Origin: Nitrospiraceae bacterium
GTDB taxonomy: Bacteria; Nitrospirota; Nitrospiria; Nitrospirales; Nitrospiraceae
Direction of reading: 5' to 3'
Assembly (NCBI GenBank): GCA_050246315.1
Contig: JBFWWG010000001.1
Location: 448,001-512,000 of the forward strand
DNA length: 64,000 nt
Positions 1-11,064 of this stretch are shown one piece after another. Positions within the stretch are counted from its first letter, which is position 1. Each line of letters opens with the position of its first letter. Made by a program: the position numbers and the translations under genes. The notes below the pieces were generated by a model. That model did not search any database. It had not been told where the DNA came from and saw nothing but the letters and a program-made list of their open reading frames with translations.

Positions 1-926
1 GGGCCGTCGGCGAGCTGTTGCCCCAGTTGTACCTGCACGGATTGGCGCACGGGGACTTCGAGCTGGCCCTGCGCGGGCTGCTGGGTGAGGGGGCGCCGTT
101 GTCGGCAACCTCCTTGCCACGGCTCAAGGCCCAGTGGCACCAGGAATATACTGACTGGAAACGCCGCCGGCTGGGTGACCTGGACGTCGTGTACGTCTGG
201 GCCGATGGGCTGTATGTGAAGACCGGGTTGGAAGACAGCAAGGCGGCGCTGGTCGTGCTCGCGGTGGAGAGCGGCCAACGTGAATCGAAGGAGTCCTGGG
301 GCGCCGTGTTGCGGGATCTGCGGACCCGGGGGCTCAAGCCCTGGCGCTGCACCGTGGCCGATGGCCATCTCGGCATCTGGGCCGCGCTCGCCGAGCAGCA
401 GCCGGCGGCGGCGGAGCAGCGGTGCTGGAACCATACGATCATCAATGTGCTCGATGCCATCGCAACGAAGCACCAGGCTGAAGCGACGACGCTGTTGAAA
501 ACCATGCCGTATGCCGAGACACGGCTCGCGTGTGAGCGGGGCCGCGACCAGTTTAGTCGGCAGTACTGCGCGGTGGCCCCGAAGGCCGTTGAGCGCTTAC
601 ACCAGGACTGGGAGCGCCTGGTCACGTGCTATCAGTTCCCGAAAGACCACTGGCGGTATCTGCGGACCACCAACGTAGTCGAGTCGCCCTTCGCCGCCGT
701 GCGGCTGCGGACGACGGCGGGCAAGCGGTACAAGCGCGTCGAGTCCGCCACGGCATTGATCTGGAAGCTCCTCCAAGTAGCCGAGGGCCACTTCCGGCGC
801 CTGAATGCTCCGGAGCTGCTGCCCCTCGTCTACGCCGGCGTCCAGTTTGTCGATGGCGTTCAACAACCGGTTATGCCGAAGGAGGCCGCCGCCTGATTCC
901 ATTTGCACACCTATTGACAAGACCTC
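1..926 (+). mobile_element. IS256-family element (left end outside window); transposase ORF 18..896
   Basis: Mutator-type motifs YVWADG, ADGHLG, QRCWNH, RTTNVVES. Right-end-like sequence TTTGCACACCTATTGACAAGACCTC at 902-926, after which the IS481 frame resumes. Confidence 0.85.
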
Positions 927-2964
927 GCGGCCCTGCAGGAGAGCTCTCACCAGAAACCGCTGCTGAAGAAGCGGGTGGCACCGGAGGTCGAACGGGCCAT
1001 CGTTGAGCTGGCAATTGCGCAGCCCGCCTGGGGCCAAGTCCGGGTGGCCAACGAATTGCGGAAGCAAGCCGTGGCGATCTCGCCGGCCGGCGTCCGCTGT
1101 ATTTGGCTCCGGCATGATCTCGAAACGATGCACAAGCGGCTGAAGGCATTGGAAGCCAAGGTGGCTCAAGACGGGCGGGTCTTAACGGAAGCCCAAGTGG
1201 TCGCGCTGGAGAAGGCGAAGGCCGACAAGGAGGCACATGGCGAATTCGAGAGTGAGTGTCCTGGCTACTGTGGGGCGCAGGATACCTTCTACGTGGGCAC
1301 GCTCAAGGGCGTGGGCCGGATCTATCAACAGACCTTCATTGACACCTATAGCAATCTTGGGTGTGCGAAGATCTATGATCGGAAGACGCCGGTCACGGCG
1401 GCCGATCTGCTCAATGACCAGGTGTTGCCGTTCTTCGAGCAACATGAGATTCCGCTCAATCGGGTCCTCACGGATCGGGGTACGGAGTACTGCGGGGCGC
1501 CGGACCGACATGAGTATGAACTGTATCTGGCCGTGGAGAATATCGATCATACCCGCACCAAGACCCGGCATCCCCAGACCAACGAGATCGGTGAACGGTT
1601 CCACAAGACGATGCTGAACGAGTTCTATCGCATGGCGTTCCGCAGGAAGATCTATCGGACACTGGAGGAACTGCAAGCCGACATGGAGACCTGGCTCCAG
1701 GAGTACAACGAACTGCGGCCGCATCAGGGCCGCTGGTGCTATGGCCAAACACCCATGCAGACGTTCGTCGACACTGTGCCGTTGGCGAAGGAGAACATGC
1801 TATTGATTCCTGCATAACTAATGTCCTATTTTAGACGCAATGAGAGAGGACTGTGATGAAGAAAGGATCGCAGGAGGTCCGCGCGGCGTTGAAGGGCTTG
1901 GCTGGAGCGACGGGTCCCCACCACCAACTGCTCGAGATCCAGCGGTGCCCAGTTGGCGCATGGATTCCTTTTGAGATAGCCCCAGGCATATTCGATGGGA
2001 TTCAACTCGGGGGCGTAGGCCGGGAAGAAGACCGGGTGGATTCGCGCCGACGGGGTCAGGAACGCCTGCACCGTCTTGGCGCGGTGAGGCCGAGATCGGT
2101 CCCAGAGCAAAACGAGGGGGCCGTTGAGGTGGCGCTGGAGGAGGCGCAGGAACGCCACCACCTCGGTCGCGGTGATGTTCCGATTGGGATGGAGCCGAAA
2201 ATACATGTGCACGTGGTCCCGCGTGGGCGGCACACACAACGCGGCGACGACGGACACCTTCTGATGAGCGCGGGTGCGGTGCTGGAGGACTGGCGTGTGT
2301 CCTCGGGGACTCCACGTCTGGCGGACCAGGGGAGCCATGAGCACGCCGCTCTCATCGAGAAATGCCAGCCACACTTTCAGGCGCGCGGCTTTTTTTTAAC
2401 GCCCGGCCACGTCTGCTTGGTCCATCCCTGGATGGCTGGCTCATCGCGTTCCACCGCGCGAGGTTGGGGCTTCTGGGCACTCCAGCCCAGAGCGCGGAGC
2501 AGGCGACTCAGATGATCCACATGGTACCGGACGCCAAAGCGATGGGCCATGACCTGCGCAATGCGGGGACAGGTCCACAAATCGGTGCCAAACCCGGCGG
2601 CCTTCGCGCCCTTGAGCAACACCCGTTCGACCTGCTGCAGGTGGCGGGGCGTCAGCTTCGGGGGACGCCCCGACGCCCGGCGGGCGCGCAACGCCTGCGC
2701 GCCGTGGTGGCGATACGCCGCCTTCCAGCGGCGGACACTGCGTCGATCCACGCCGAGCATCCGCGCCACTTCACTGGGGCCATACCCTTTGGCCAGCAGT
2801 GCTACCGCACGATGTCGGCGTCGTTCCAGTTCCCCTGGGCTTCCCGGTGGTCGCATGCGACACCTCCAGCTCAGAGAATAGGACTTTATTTATACAGGAT
2901 TCAATAGCAGCCTAAACCTGGTGAGGACTCGCTGTCTGTCAGATGGGGTCTTGACTTATACACA
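927..2964 (+). mobile_element. IS481-family element, interrupted by IS256 (5' part) and IS630 (last codons)
   Basis: ORF 975..1817 (frame open from 927) with [37 protein letters not shown]481-like right end TGTCAGATGGGGTCTTGACTTATACA(CA) at about 2937-2964. Confidence 0.85.
1801..2906 (-). mobile_element. IS630-family element with about 30-bp imperfect TIRs and TA duplication; two-ORF transposase (2377..2856 HTH, 1826..2374 DDE)
   Basis: Left end TATTGATTCCTGCATAACTAATGTCCTATT (1801-1830) vs reverse complement of 2877-2906 TATTGAATCCTGTATAAATAAAGTCCTATT. DDE motifs FLDESG, LWD, PAYAPELNPIE. A-run slippery site at the ORF junction. Confidence 0.92.
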
Positions 2965-3001
2965 TGACGGACGGTGTCGTGAACCGCCCGAAGGTCATGA
3001 G

Positions 3002-3547
3002 CTAACTAACGTAGGCATATCGACCTTTCATCAGCTTGACCATGTCCGCCTTCATCGAGTCCGAAACATGTCCTCGAAGGGTAAACTCCTCACCGAACAG
3101 CGGAACTGTCTCCATTTCCGATTTGCGTCGAGCGAGAAAATCTTCGAGGGAACAGATAACCCGCGCCGGATTTCCTGCAACGACTGCACCGGGTGGCACG
3201 TCACCCGTGACGATGCTGCCAGCACCAATGATCACATCTGAGCCGATGGTTACGCCCGGCAAAATCAAAGCCGAGGCTCCAACGAATACGCGGTTACCGA
3301 TCGCCACTTTACCCAGGCGCGTGTAGTTCAGATGACGTTTCGTGCTGGCATCGTGCGCCAAAATATGAACCCTGGGAGCTAATGTGACATCGTCGCCAAT
3401 CGTGATGAGCCAGCAGTGGCTCGGATCGATGATCACATCCTCCAGCATCACGAAGCGTTTTCCAACAATGAGCCCTTGCTTGATCAGGAGAGGAAGTGGG
3501 TCCCGGTGGATATACCGGCGAAGCAGGTTCACGAGAAAATGTCGCAC
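3002..3547 (-). CDS. Hexapeptide-repeat (LbH) acyltransferase
   Basis: ITIGDDVTLAPRVHILAHD, IGNRVFVGASALILPGVTIG, VVAGNPARV. Confidence 0.88.
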   Translation of the reverse strand: MRHFLVNLLRRYIHRDPLPLLIKQGLIVGKRFVMLEDVIIDPSHCWLITIGDDVTLAPRVHILAHDASTKRHLNYTRLGKVAIGNRVFVGASALILPGVTIGSDVIIGAGSIVTGDVPPGAVVAGNPARVICSLEDFLARRKSEMETVPLFGEEFTLRGHVSDSMKADMVKLMKGRYAYVS

Positions 3548-3761
3548 AAGCCCTGTCCTTTTTGTGCGCTGCCGAAGCCGACTGGATTCCTGTATTCGAC
3601 GTCGGAATAATGGGAATAGATGTGGCGCGAGGCTAGCATAGCCTCGCGTGGCTTGACAACATTGACGCTCTCAGAACGTAGACGGTCGGATACCCTTGGT
3701 CGGCCACCAAGGGTGTTGTGGAATGTTGCCCAGCATCTATTAGGTGTTGTACCGCATCCGA

Positions 3762-4322
3762 TCAGAAGCAGCCGATTGGCACGAACCCGGCTCCGAAGAT
3801 TCTTGCTAATGCGAAATATCGCGCGTTGTCCCAAAATGGGTTCGTCGGTAAGTAGTTTCGTCCAGATGGATCGGTGCCGTACGACGGATCGTTTCCAAAG
3901 AAGAAGCCCCCTCGAGTCCGCTGGACGAGTTGCAGCCATTCAGAATACAGGGAACAGACTTCTGTTTGGACAGACGCGTCCGACGTATTATTCGCATACC
4001 AACCTTTGGCCCAATCAGGCACGTTTCGACTGTGCGCCGGAGTTGGCTGGGAAGGTTGCGGCGCGTGATCGATGTCGGGAGCCTGCACTCTCGGCTGGAA
4101 AGAAGAGGCAGGAAAATCTGGCATGGGAGGCACGATTGAAAGTGGCTTTAGATCAAGCTTTCGGCACCCCTCTCGCTCCCGATTTGTGTAAAGTGTCGCC
4201 GATCCTGTTTGGAGGCACTCCCACATTCCCAAGGGGTCGGCGGGGCGCGGCTCATCGGCGAACGCCGGTATAGTGAGCGTTGCCGTGAGAGCCAGAGCAA
4301 ATACGGACGGTATGGAGCGCAT
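3762..4322 (-). CDS. Exported hypothetical protein
   Basis: Signal peptide MRSIPSVFALALTATLTIPAFA from ATG 4322; Pro-rich linker. Confidence 0.6.
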   Translation of the reverse strand: MRSIPSVFALALTATLTIPAFADEPRPADPLGMWECLQTGSATLYTNREREGCRKLDLKPLSIVPPMPDFPASSFQPRVQAPDIDHAPQPSQPTPAHSRNVPDWAKGWYANNTSDASVQTEVCSLYSEWLQLVQRTRGGFFFGNDPSYGTDPSGRNYLPTNPFWDNARYFALARIFGAGFVPIGCF

Positions 4323-4626
4323 AACGCACCTCCGGGTCACACGTGTGACCAATAGGCTAAGGTGGACAACAGCTTTGCCAACGCGGCTCGGTATCACGGT
4401 ATCAAAGGAGATCGAATGGAATTTCTGCATACATGCGCCACTTTATCCACCGGCCCGATGTCGATACTATTCTTCTTTGGAGGGGCGTGGCACGACAGCT
4501 TGCGGGTCGTCTGATCGTGGAGGACGCAGACTTGTCATGATGAGGAATGGTATTCTCCTTCGTAGGGTCCAGAGTTTCCATTGATTATTCAACAAAGTAC
4601 GCTGACGATCTCGACATGACCCCCTC

Positions 4627-6000
4627 ATGAATCTCCAACACGTCGAACACTTCTTCTCGCATGACCTGTGGGTCCTGGATGTGACCCAATTGCCCAAATG
4701 GCAACGGATTGGCGTGTCGGCGCTTCGCCTCCTGAGCGCCGTGACCTGGGAATTTCGTCGCCGGTTGTTGGATGCGAGAGCCGCGGGTCTGGTCTATACC
4801 ACGCTCTTGTCGTTGGTTCCGTTCCTTGCCGTGACGGTCTCGGTGTTGAAAGCATTTGGTGTTCATCAGCAGATTGAACCTTTGTTGAGTCAGGCTCTTG
4901 AGCCGCTCGGACCGAGCGGACAAGAAATTACCTCCCGAGTCGTGGGGTTTGTAAGCAATCTCAAAGTCGGCGTGCTTGGTATCGTTGGGGTCGCGGGCTT
5001 GTTCTATACGACCTATTCCTTGATTGACAAGATTGAACAGACGTTCAACGCGATTTGGAATGTGCGTCATGGACGCTCCTTGACAAGAAAGTTCGCGGAC
5101 TACCTCAGTGTCGTACTGGTGGGACCCGTATTAATTGTCACGGCGTTCGGTTTGTTGGCCTCCATTCAAAATCATGCACTTGTTCAGCGAATTCTAGACC
5201 TTCAACCATTGGGGTTTATCTTCGTGTGGATCGCCGAGTACCTGCCCTTCCTGATCCTGTGGAGTGTCTTTACATTCTTCTACAAGTTCATACCGCATAC
5301 CGAGGTGCGGGTGTGGTCGGCCTGTGTAGGAGGCGCGACGGCCTCACTCTTGTGGGGATTGGCGGGCGAGGGATTCGCAGCGTTCGTCGCTGACTCTTCC
5401 AAGTACAGCGTCATTTACTCCAGTTTCGCAATCATGATCCTGTTTCTGTTGTGGTTGTATGTGGGGTGGTTGATCATCCTTATCGGAGCACAGGTGGCCT
5501 ATTTTCACCAGCATCCGCACGCATACGAACTACATTTCCTGTGGAGACAAGGAACACATGCGTTTCGCGAACGAACGGCCCTCCGTCTGCTTGCATCCAT
5601 GGCGACTCGAACGATTAGTGGAAAGCCTCCCGCCACGCTCGATGACTTGGCGGCTGATGCTGGCGTCCCCCTCTCAATCATCGACGACCTTATCGATGAA
5701 CTACGGTCATCAGGATTGGTAGAGCGTCTCGAAGACTCGAAGGCACTTGTCCTCCTAAGGCCGCCCGAGCTGATCGGTATTCAGACCGTCTTAGACATCC
5801 TGCGAGAGAAATCAGCGGGGATGTCCAGGGTCTCGACCTCAGGTGATGCTATCGATGACGTCATTCGATGCCGAGACGATGCGGCGGCTCGCGCCCTGTC
5901 CGGACTCACACTCCGAAATCTCGCCGATCAGACCCCTCCCTCAGAGTCAGTTCCAGCTCCCTCCAGCGGGATCGAACGGAGCTTGATCCGTGAGCATTGA
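4627..6000 (+). CDS. YihY/virulence factor BrkB family membrane protein with C-terminal winged-HTH-like extension
   Basis: RAAGLVYTTLLSLVP, IEQTFNAIW, YSVIYSSFA..LLWLYVGWLIILIGA; C-terminal TLDDLAADAGVPLSIIDDLIDELRSSGLV. Confidence 0.85.
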   Translation: MNLQHVEHFFSHDLWVLDVTQLPKWQRIGVSALRLLSAVTWEFRRRLLDARAAGLVYTTLLSLVPFLAVTVSVLKAFGVHQQIEPLLSQALEPLGPSGQEITSRVVGFVSNLKVGVLGIVGVAGLFYTTYSLIDKIEQTFNAIWNVRHGRSLTRKFADYLSVVLVGPVLIVTAFGLLASIQNHALVQRILDLQPLGFIFVWIAEYLPFLILWSVFTFFYKFIPHTEVRVWSACVGGATASLLWGLAGEGFAAFVADSSKYSVIYSSFAIMILFLLWLYVGWLIILIGAQVAYFHQHPHAYELHFLWRQGTHAFRERTALRLLASMATRTISGKPPATLDDLAADAGVPLSIIDDLIDELRSSGLVERLEDSKALVLLRPPELIGIQTVLDILREKSAGMSRVSTSGDAIDDVIRCRDDAAARALSGLTLRNLADQTPPSESVPAPSSGIERSLIREH

Positions 6001-6139
6001 CGGGAAGGCTCACCCCGCACGGAGGCTGGTCCTCGGGCACTCGATGTTTCGCGGTGCCCTTCGTCGAGATTGCCTGAATCGATCGGGTGATCGACGAGCG
6101 CAGCGACCTCCTCCTTTGGAGGAGCAGCACGGGCAGCCC

Positions 6140-6813
6140 TTTCGCAAAGCCGAGCTTGACTTCGTTGCGAGGCTCTCAGGGCGCCACGATGTGGTCCCAG
6201 TGGTGTTCGATCAGTGCGGCGGACCTGATCCATGGGTCGACGAGATGGCGCAGGATATGGAACTTGTCGAACAGAATATGGGCCTGTGGAGCATGCCTCT
6301 GGACCGAGTTGCGGAACGCTTTCCATATGTCCAGCACCGCCAGCCGAATCCGAGACGGCTTCTTGAGGCCCAGATCGTAGAAGAACCGGTCCAGATCGGC
6401 CTCGTTTCGTCCTTGCCCACCGACTCAGATCGGGTGGTCTCGATCGAGATCACTGGCCACGGGGCGATACGTGTGGCCTTTCTTGAGCGACAGATCAGCG
6501 ATGCCGATGGCCTGCGGGGCTGGCTGAGACGTCTTGGCCTGCATGTACAGGGTATCTAAATTCTTGACCGTGTGTTCATGTAGATACAGCAGATGAGCCA
6601 CGGCCTTGTTCGACATGCCTCGACACAAGGGGCCGACTTGTTGGGCGAACCGTTGCGTGTAGCGCGGGTTCTGCGCCAGCCACTTCCCTCTCACCTCCTG
6701 ACAGCGCGCAGGCCACCCGCCGTTGCTCGAATACCAGTTAGATGCGCCGGCCCGCAGTGTCAGTATCACGGATGCGGCGTGTCCGGCGGTCGTAGCTGGA
6801 CGATTCTCTGCAT
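6140..6813 (-). pseudogene. ISL3-family transposase remnant (frameshifted, internally deleted)
   Basis: Fragments in different minus frames: YDRRTRRIRD, NPRYTQRFAQQVG.LCRGMSNKAVAHLL, ILFDKFHILRHL, IEHHWDHI. Confidence 0.75.
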
Positions 6814-7063
6814 GGCGTCTTCTTCTTCGGAGTGAACAGCTATGACCCGGCGGAGCCTCATGCTCACGACTCTGTTTGGCGTGCCCGTGGCAACCATCAG
6901 GGAGAAGGAAGCTCCCACGTCATACTTGTGGCGGACTCGCAGTACTCGAGATCGCCGACGTTGACCGGGTCATAGCGCGCAGAGGATCGCGCATGCTCAT
7001 CTTGCGGGGTGAGCGCCTGGCGCTCACGACCACTCGTGAAGAATACGGGTTAGGACTTCTGGA

Positions 7064-8428
7064 CTATGGATGAGAGCCGGCTGATTGGTCACGCGCCGCG
7101 AGTCTACCCATCAGCCAGTACAGAGGCACACCCATCATCACGGTCAGCAAACCCATCAGAGACTCCCATGGGCGGTAGAAGAGACTGTGTGCGAGGAGAG
7201 CTGCCAAGACCAGGATCACGAGGAATGGAAGAAGAGGATACAGAGGTACTCGGAATGGCCTCGCCAATTCCGGACGCCGATGGCGCAACAGCACGACCGC
7301 GCTGACCGTCAGCGCACTGAACCCGGCCAACACGAGGCCGCCATAGACGACGAGTTGTTCGAAGGTGCTCGAAAGGATGAGGAAGGAGACCCATGCGCTT
7401 TGCAGCAGCATTGAACGAATAGGAATTCTTGTACCCCGACGCGTCACGCCAAACCAGGGGAGCAGCGCACCATCGACGGCCATGGCCCAATAGACGCGGG
7501 GGCCGGCCCAGACCATCGCACTGGCCGCTCCTGCGATGGATATGGAAAGCAAGAGTGCTGCGAGAAATGCTCCTGTAGGGCCCAGGAGGGCTGCCGCCGA
7601 CTTTTCCGCCACGGGCAACAACGGAGCCTCGCCGAGTCGATCGACCGGCAGGGCAAAGAAATAGAGCAGGTTGAGGCAAAGGTATACCACCCCGACAAAG
7701 AGCGTCCCACCGATCATGATGCGCGGCAGCGTCCTGATGGGGTCGCGGATTTCTCCTGCAATGTATCCGGCCACATTCCATCCCAGATAGGTATAAAAGA
7801 CAAAGACGAACGAGCCGAGGAGCGCGCCGACGTCCGTGCCAGGTGCGTTGGGCGATCTGCGGAGATGACTCCAGTCCCCCTCTCCGAAGAGCATTCCTCC
7901 CAGGATCAGACCGGCAATCGACAGGATCTTTATGGTGGTCAGTAGTTGCTGGAGCCGCCCGCCCGCTTGAAGGCCGACTCCGTGGACGGCGGTCAGACTC
8001 CATACGAGGGTGAGCGCAATCCCCGGGATCCACCAAGAATCAAGGCCTGACGGTGAGATCGCCCGCATCAGGTACGTCGCGAAGCCGACGGCCGAGGCCG
8101 CGATCGCCGCCCCGAATCCCACGGTGAAGGAAGTCCACCCGCTGAGAAAGGCGGGCAGAGGCCCGTAGGCCTCGCGAAGGTAGACATAGTCGCCGCCGGC
8201 CTGAGGGAACAGGGTACCCAACTCCGCATAACAGAGGGCGCCCGCGAGAGACACCGCGGCCCCTGCCAACCATAGGAAGAGGATGGCCGGCGGATCGCCA
8301 AGGTCCCTGGCTAGGAACCCGCTCGTGGTGAAGATGCCTCCGCCGATGATATTGCTGATCAGCAGGCAAACGGCAGTGAACCAGCCGACTTGTCTATCGT
8401 CAGGTAACGCAGCGGACGGATTGGGCAC
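7064..8428 (-). CDS. APC-family amino acid permease
   Basis: IIGGGIFTTSG, LCYAELG..FPQAGGDYVYL, YLGWN, RPFRVPLYP; many TM segments. Confidence 0.92.
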   Translation of the reverse strand: MPNPSAALPDDRQVGWFTAVCLLISNIIGGGIFTTSGFLARDLGDPPAILFLWLAGAAVSLAGALCYAELGTLFPQAGGDYVYLREAYGPLPAFLSGWTSFTVGFGAAIAASAVGFATYLMRAISPSGLDSWWIPGIALTLVWSLTAVHGVGLQAGGRLQQLLTTIKILSIAGLILGGMLFGEGDWSHLRRSPNAPGTDVGALLGSFVFVFYTYLGWNVAGYIAGEIRDPIRTLPRIMIGGTLFVGVVYLCLNLLYFFALPVDRLGEAPLLPVAEKSAAALLGPTGAFLAALLLSISIAGAASAMVWAGPRVYWAMAVDGALLPWFGVTRRGTRIPIRSMLLQSAWVSFLILSSTFEQLVVYGGLVLAGFSALTVSAVVLLRHRRPELARPFRVPLYPLLPFLVILVLAALLAHSLFYRPWESLMGLLTVMMGVPLYWLMGRLAARDQSAGSHP

Positions 8429-8598
8429 GAGATAGCTTCCGTGATCGAGTGGACAAAGGGGACAGCTTTGCAGAGCGTCCGAAAAGCAACTCGCTTCCGA
8501 TGAACGGTTCCCTCGCGCCGCGCCGGGTGGTAACAGGAGATATCAATGATGACAGGAGCCGTTGATGTCGGCCTGCTTCAGAGCGAAGCAGACCTGGA

Positions 8599-8820
8599 CT
8601 ATTTGGTGATACGTAGTGCTTCCAGACGTTGACGCGCTCGCTGCGCCACCTCGTCTTGTGGGTAATTTCTGATGATCTGTTCATAGAGCTGGACCGCATG
8701 CGCTCGATTGTTCTGCCGCTCCTCAAATTGGGCTGTGGCGAAGAGCTCGCTTGGGTCCTCGCCGGAACAGCCAGCCATGGTCAGCAATACAAGGATGCAC
8801 AGGACGATCGACGATGTCAT
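8599..8820 (-). CDS. Small lipoprotein with TPR-like helix pair
   Basis: Lipobox MAGC; LFATAQFEE...AVQLYEQIIRNYP. Confidence 0.7.
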   Translation of the reverse strand: MTSSIVLCILVLLTMAGCSGEDPSELFATAQFEERQNNRAHAVQLYEQIIRNYPQDEVAQRARQRLEALRITK

Positions 8821-8911
8821 TGCGCCTCCCGGATCGGGTGGCAACATTCTAGCTGGTGCAGTCGATCGCTTCCAGTTGAAAGCGAGCGGAAAGGGATCAG
8901 AAGCGTGGGAT

Positions 8912-10474
8912 TCAGGCGGCGCGGTCCCGGATTCGCTTAAAGCGGCCAACCGTTGGAGATCGAGTGCCTGATTGGTGTCGAAGCTGGTCCCAGTCGATCC
9001 ATACGTGACCGCCAGTAGCCTGGTGCAAATTCCGCCAGTTCTCGAGCAAGTTCAGGCAAGCATGATCGATGTGAGCCAGCGAGTCGGTGCGAATGACGAC
9101 ATCTGCGTGAGGAGGAATGATCTCCAAGGCCGAGGCCAGCTTCGGCAGGCCGACAAATGTCGCCACACCTTCCAGATGTAGGGCAAAGCGCCCGTCTTGA
9201 TCATGGGCATAGTAGGTATGCAGATTCTGAGTGGTGTAGATCAGCTTGGCGACGGTCAAGGCAACTCCGACCAGCACACCGGTCAATAAGTTCGTCGTGA
9301 CGATCGTGGCGAGCGTTCCCATATAGATCAATACTTCGTCGCGCCCATGACGGGACAGGTCTCGGATGGCTTGAAGGTTGATCAGCTTATAGCCGGTAAA
9401 TACAAGGACGGCTCCGAGGCTCGCCGTCGGGATCAACCGCAAGACAAACGGGAGGAAGGCCACGAACAACAGCAACCATAGGCCGTGGCATATGGTCGAG
9501 GCGCGCGTCCGAGCACCGGCCTGTACGTTGGCTGCGCTGCGGACGATGACCCCGGTCATGGGCAAAGCGCCTAGGAGGCCACAGAGCATGTTTCCAACTC
9601 CCTGGGCGAACAACTCGCGATTGTATCGAGTTCGCGGTCCCGTATGGATTTGATCTACAGCCGTGGCGGACAGTAAGGTTTCCACGCTGGCGATGACGGC
9701 AAGCGCCAGGGCTTCTGCCAGCATTGAGGTATCCAGCATGTGGGCAAGGTGCCCGGAGGTCGGAAGCTGAATGACCGCCAAGAGATTGTCGCGAACCTTG
9801 ACATGGTTGATGTCGAGGCCCAGCGCGAGGGTTGTGCCGGTCGCGATCGAGACGCCGACGAGCACGGCCGGCAGCGCCCGGAGCGCTCCTCTGGCCATCA
9901 GGTTCCATGCCACCATCCCTGTGATGGTAAGGATGCCGATTCGGGCCGCCAGGTGATGATTCAGGGGCGTCGCATCATCGGCCACGAGGCCTTTCCACAC
10001 GGCCGATGGCAACGTGAGGAGATTCTCAATCCCCGATCCCTTCGGGGAGTCGTCTATCATGACATGAACCTGACTCGCGAAAATCAATACGCCAATCCCA
10101 GCCAACATGCCGTGAATCACCGACGGAGATACGGCGCGGAACCATTGGCCGAGTTGAAGCCACGCCCAGGTAATCTGAAAGATCCCGGCCAGCAAGATGA
10201 CGATCGCCAATCGCTCCATGCCGTGCTCGTGAATCAGCTCCCACACGATTACGGTGAGACCGGCCGCCGGGCCGCTGACCTGAAGCGGGCTGCCGGCTAA
10301 GCACCCGACGATCATTCCGCCGATGATACCCGTAATGACGCCGGTTGCAGGAGGCGCTCCTGACGCCACGGCAATTCCCATGCACAATGGGAGGGCGACA
10401 AGAAAGACGACAACGGAGGCGAACAAATCCCGTTTTACGTCGGTCCAGGATGGACCTAAGAGGTTGAAAGGCAT
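8912..10474 (-). CDS. SulP-family anion (possibly bicarbonate) transporter
   Basis: VALPLCMGIAVASG, QVSGPAAGL, GALPMTGVIVRSAAN; STAS-like C-terminus. Confidence 0.92.
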   Translation of the reverse strand: MPFNLLGPSWTDVKRDLFASVVVFLVALPLCMGIAVASGAPPATGVITGIIGGMIVGCLAGSPLQVSGPAAGLTVIVWELIHEHGMERLAIVILLAGIFQITWAWLQLGQWFRAVSPSVIHGMLAGIGVLIFASQVHVMIDDSPKGSGIENLLTLPSAVWKGLVADDATPLNHHLAARIGILTITGMVAWNLMARGALRALPAVLVGVSIATGTTLALGLDINHVKVRDNLLAVIQLPTSGHLAHMLDTSMLAEALALAVIASVETLLSATAVDQIHTGPRTRYNRELFAQGVGNMLCGLLGALPMTGVIVRSAANVQAGARTRASTICHGLWLLLFVAFLPFVLRLIPTASLGAVLVFTGYKLINLQAIRDLSRHGRDEVLIYMGTLATIVTTNLLTGVLVGVALTVAKLIYTTQNLHTYYAHDQDGRFALHLEGVATFVGLPKLASALEIIPPHADVVIRTDSLAHIDHACLNLLENWRNLHQATGGHVWIDWDQLRHQSGTRSPTVGRFKRIRDRAA

Positions 10475-10620
10475 TGCGGATCGAAGGCAGTGTGTCTATC
10501 CGATGACCGCTTCAAACTATAGCAAATGCCCGGCTATTCGGCCGGTCCGATACGGGCAGGCAGATGCCGCGTCCTGCTGAGGGAAGGCAGGAGATCGGAG
10601 GGACGAGATCGTCCGAACGG

Positions 10621-10971
10621 TCAATCTCCGCCTGCGTCGCGGCCGGTGGGGGCCTTGCCGCGACGCGCGGTGCGGAGCCGTATGCTATACCGAGGGGCTG
10701 AAATGGATTCGCTCCGGCAGTGGGGGCAGCGGCTTGGCTTCTTGATTTTCCTGCGGTCTCTGAAGACAAACCCGCAGTCCAGACATGCGGAAGGATCCAG
10801 AAGGAAATCCCTTGTGCGGTCTCGAGCCAACGATCGGATCACGTGCTTAAGGTGCTCCTCGACCTGTCGTTCCGGCAGCCCCAACCGTTCCGCAAGTTGA
10901 CGTGAGGACAGGTGTGTTCCGACAAGCAGGACCATCAGCCGCTGACGCGCTGTGAGGTCGTGGGGAGTCAT
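10621..10971 (-). CDS. HTH + zinc-ribbon putative transcriptional regulator
   Basis: SSRQLAERLGLPERQVEEHLKHV; CLDCG and CPHCRSE. Confidence 0.8.
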   Translation of the reverse strand: MTPHDLTARQRLMVLLVGTHLSSRQLAERLGLPERQVEEHLKHVIRSLARDRTRDFLLDPSACLDCGFVFRDRRKIKKPSRCPHCRSESISAPRYSIRLRTARRGKAPTGRDAGGD

Positions 10972-11064
10972 GAGAATCTGTGAAGTGTACGGTTTGGATT
11001 CAGAACGACGTTCCTCACCAACGGTGCAGGCGGTTCAACTTCTGAGGATGCTATAATCAAACCC

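Noticed and set aside
4488..4503. Sigma-54-like promoter TGGCACGACAGCTTGC
   Set aside because: GG-to-GC spacing is 11 nt rather than the required 10.
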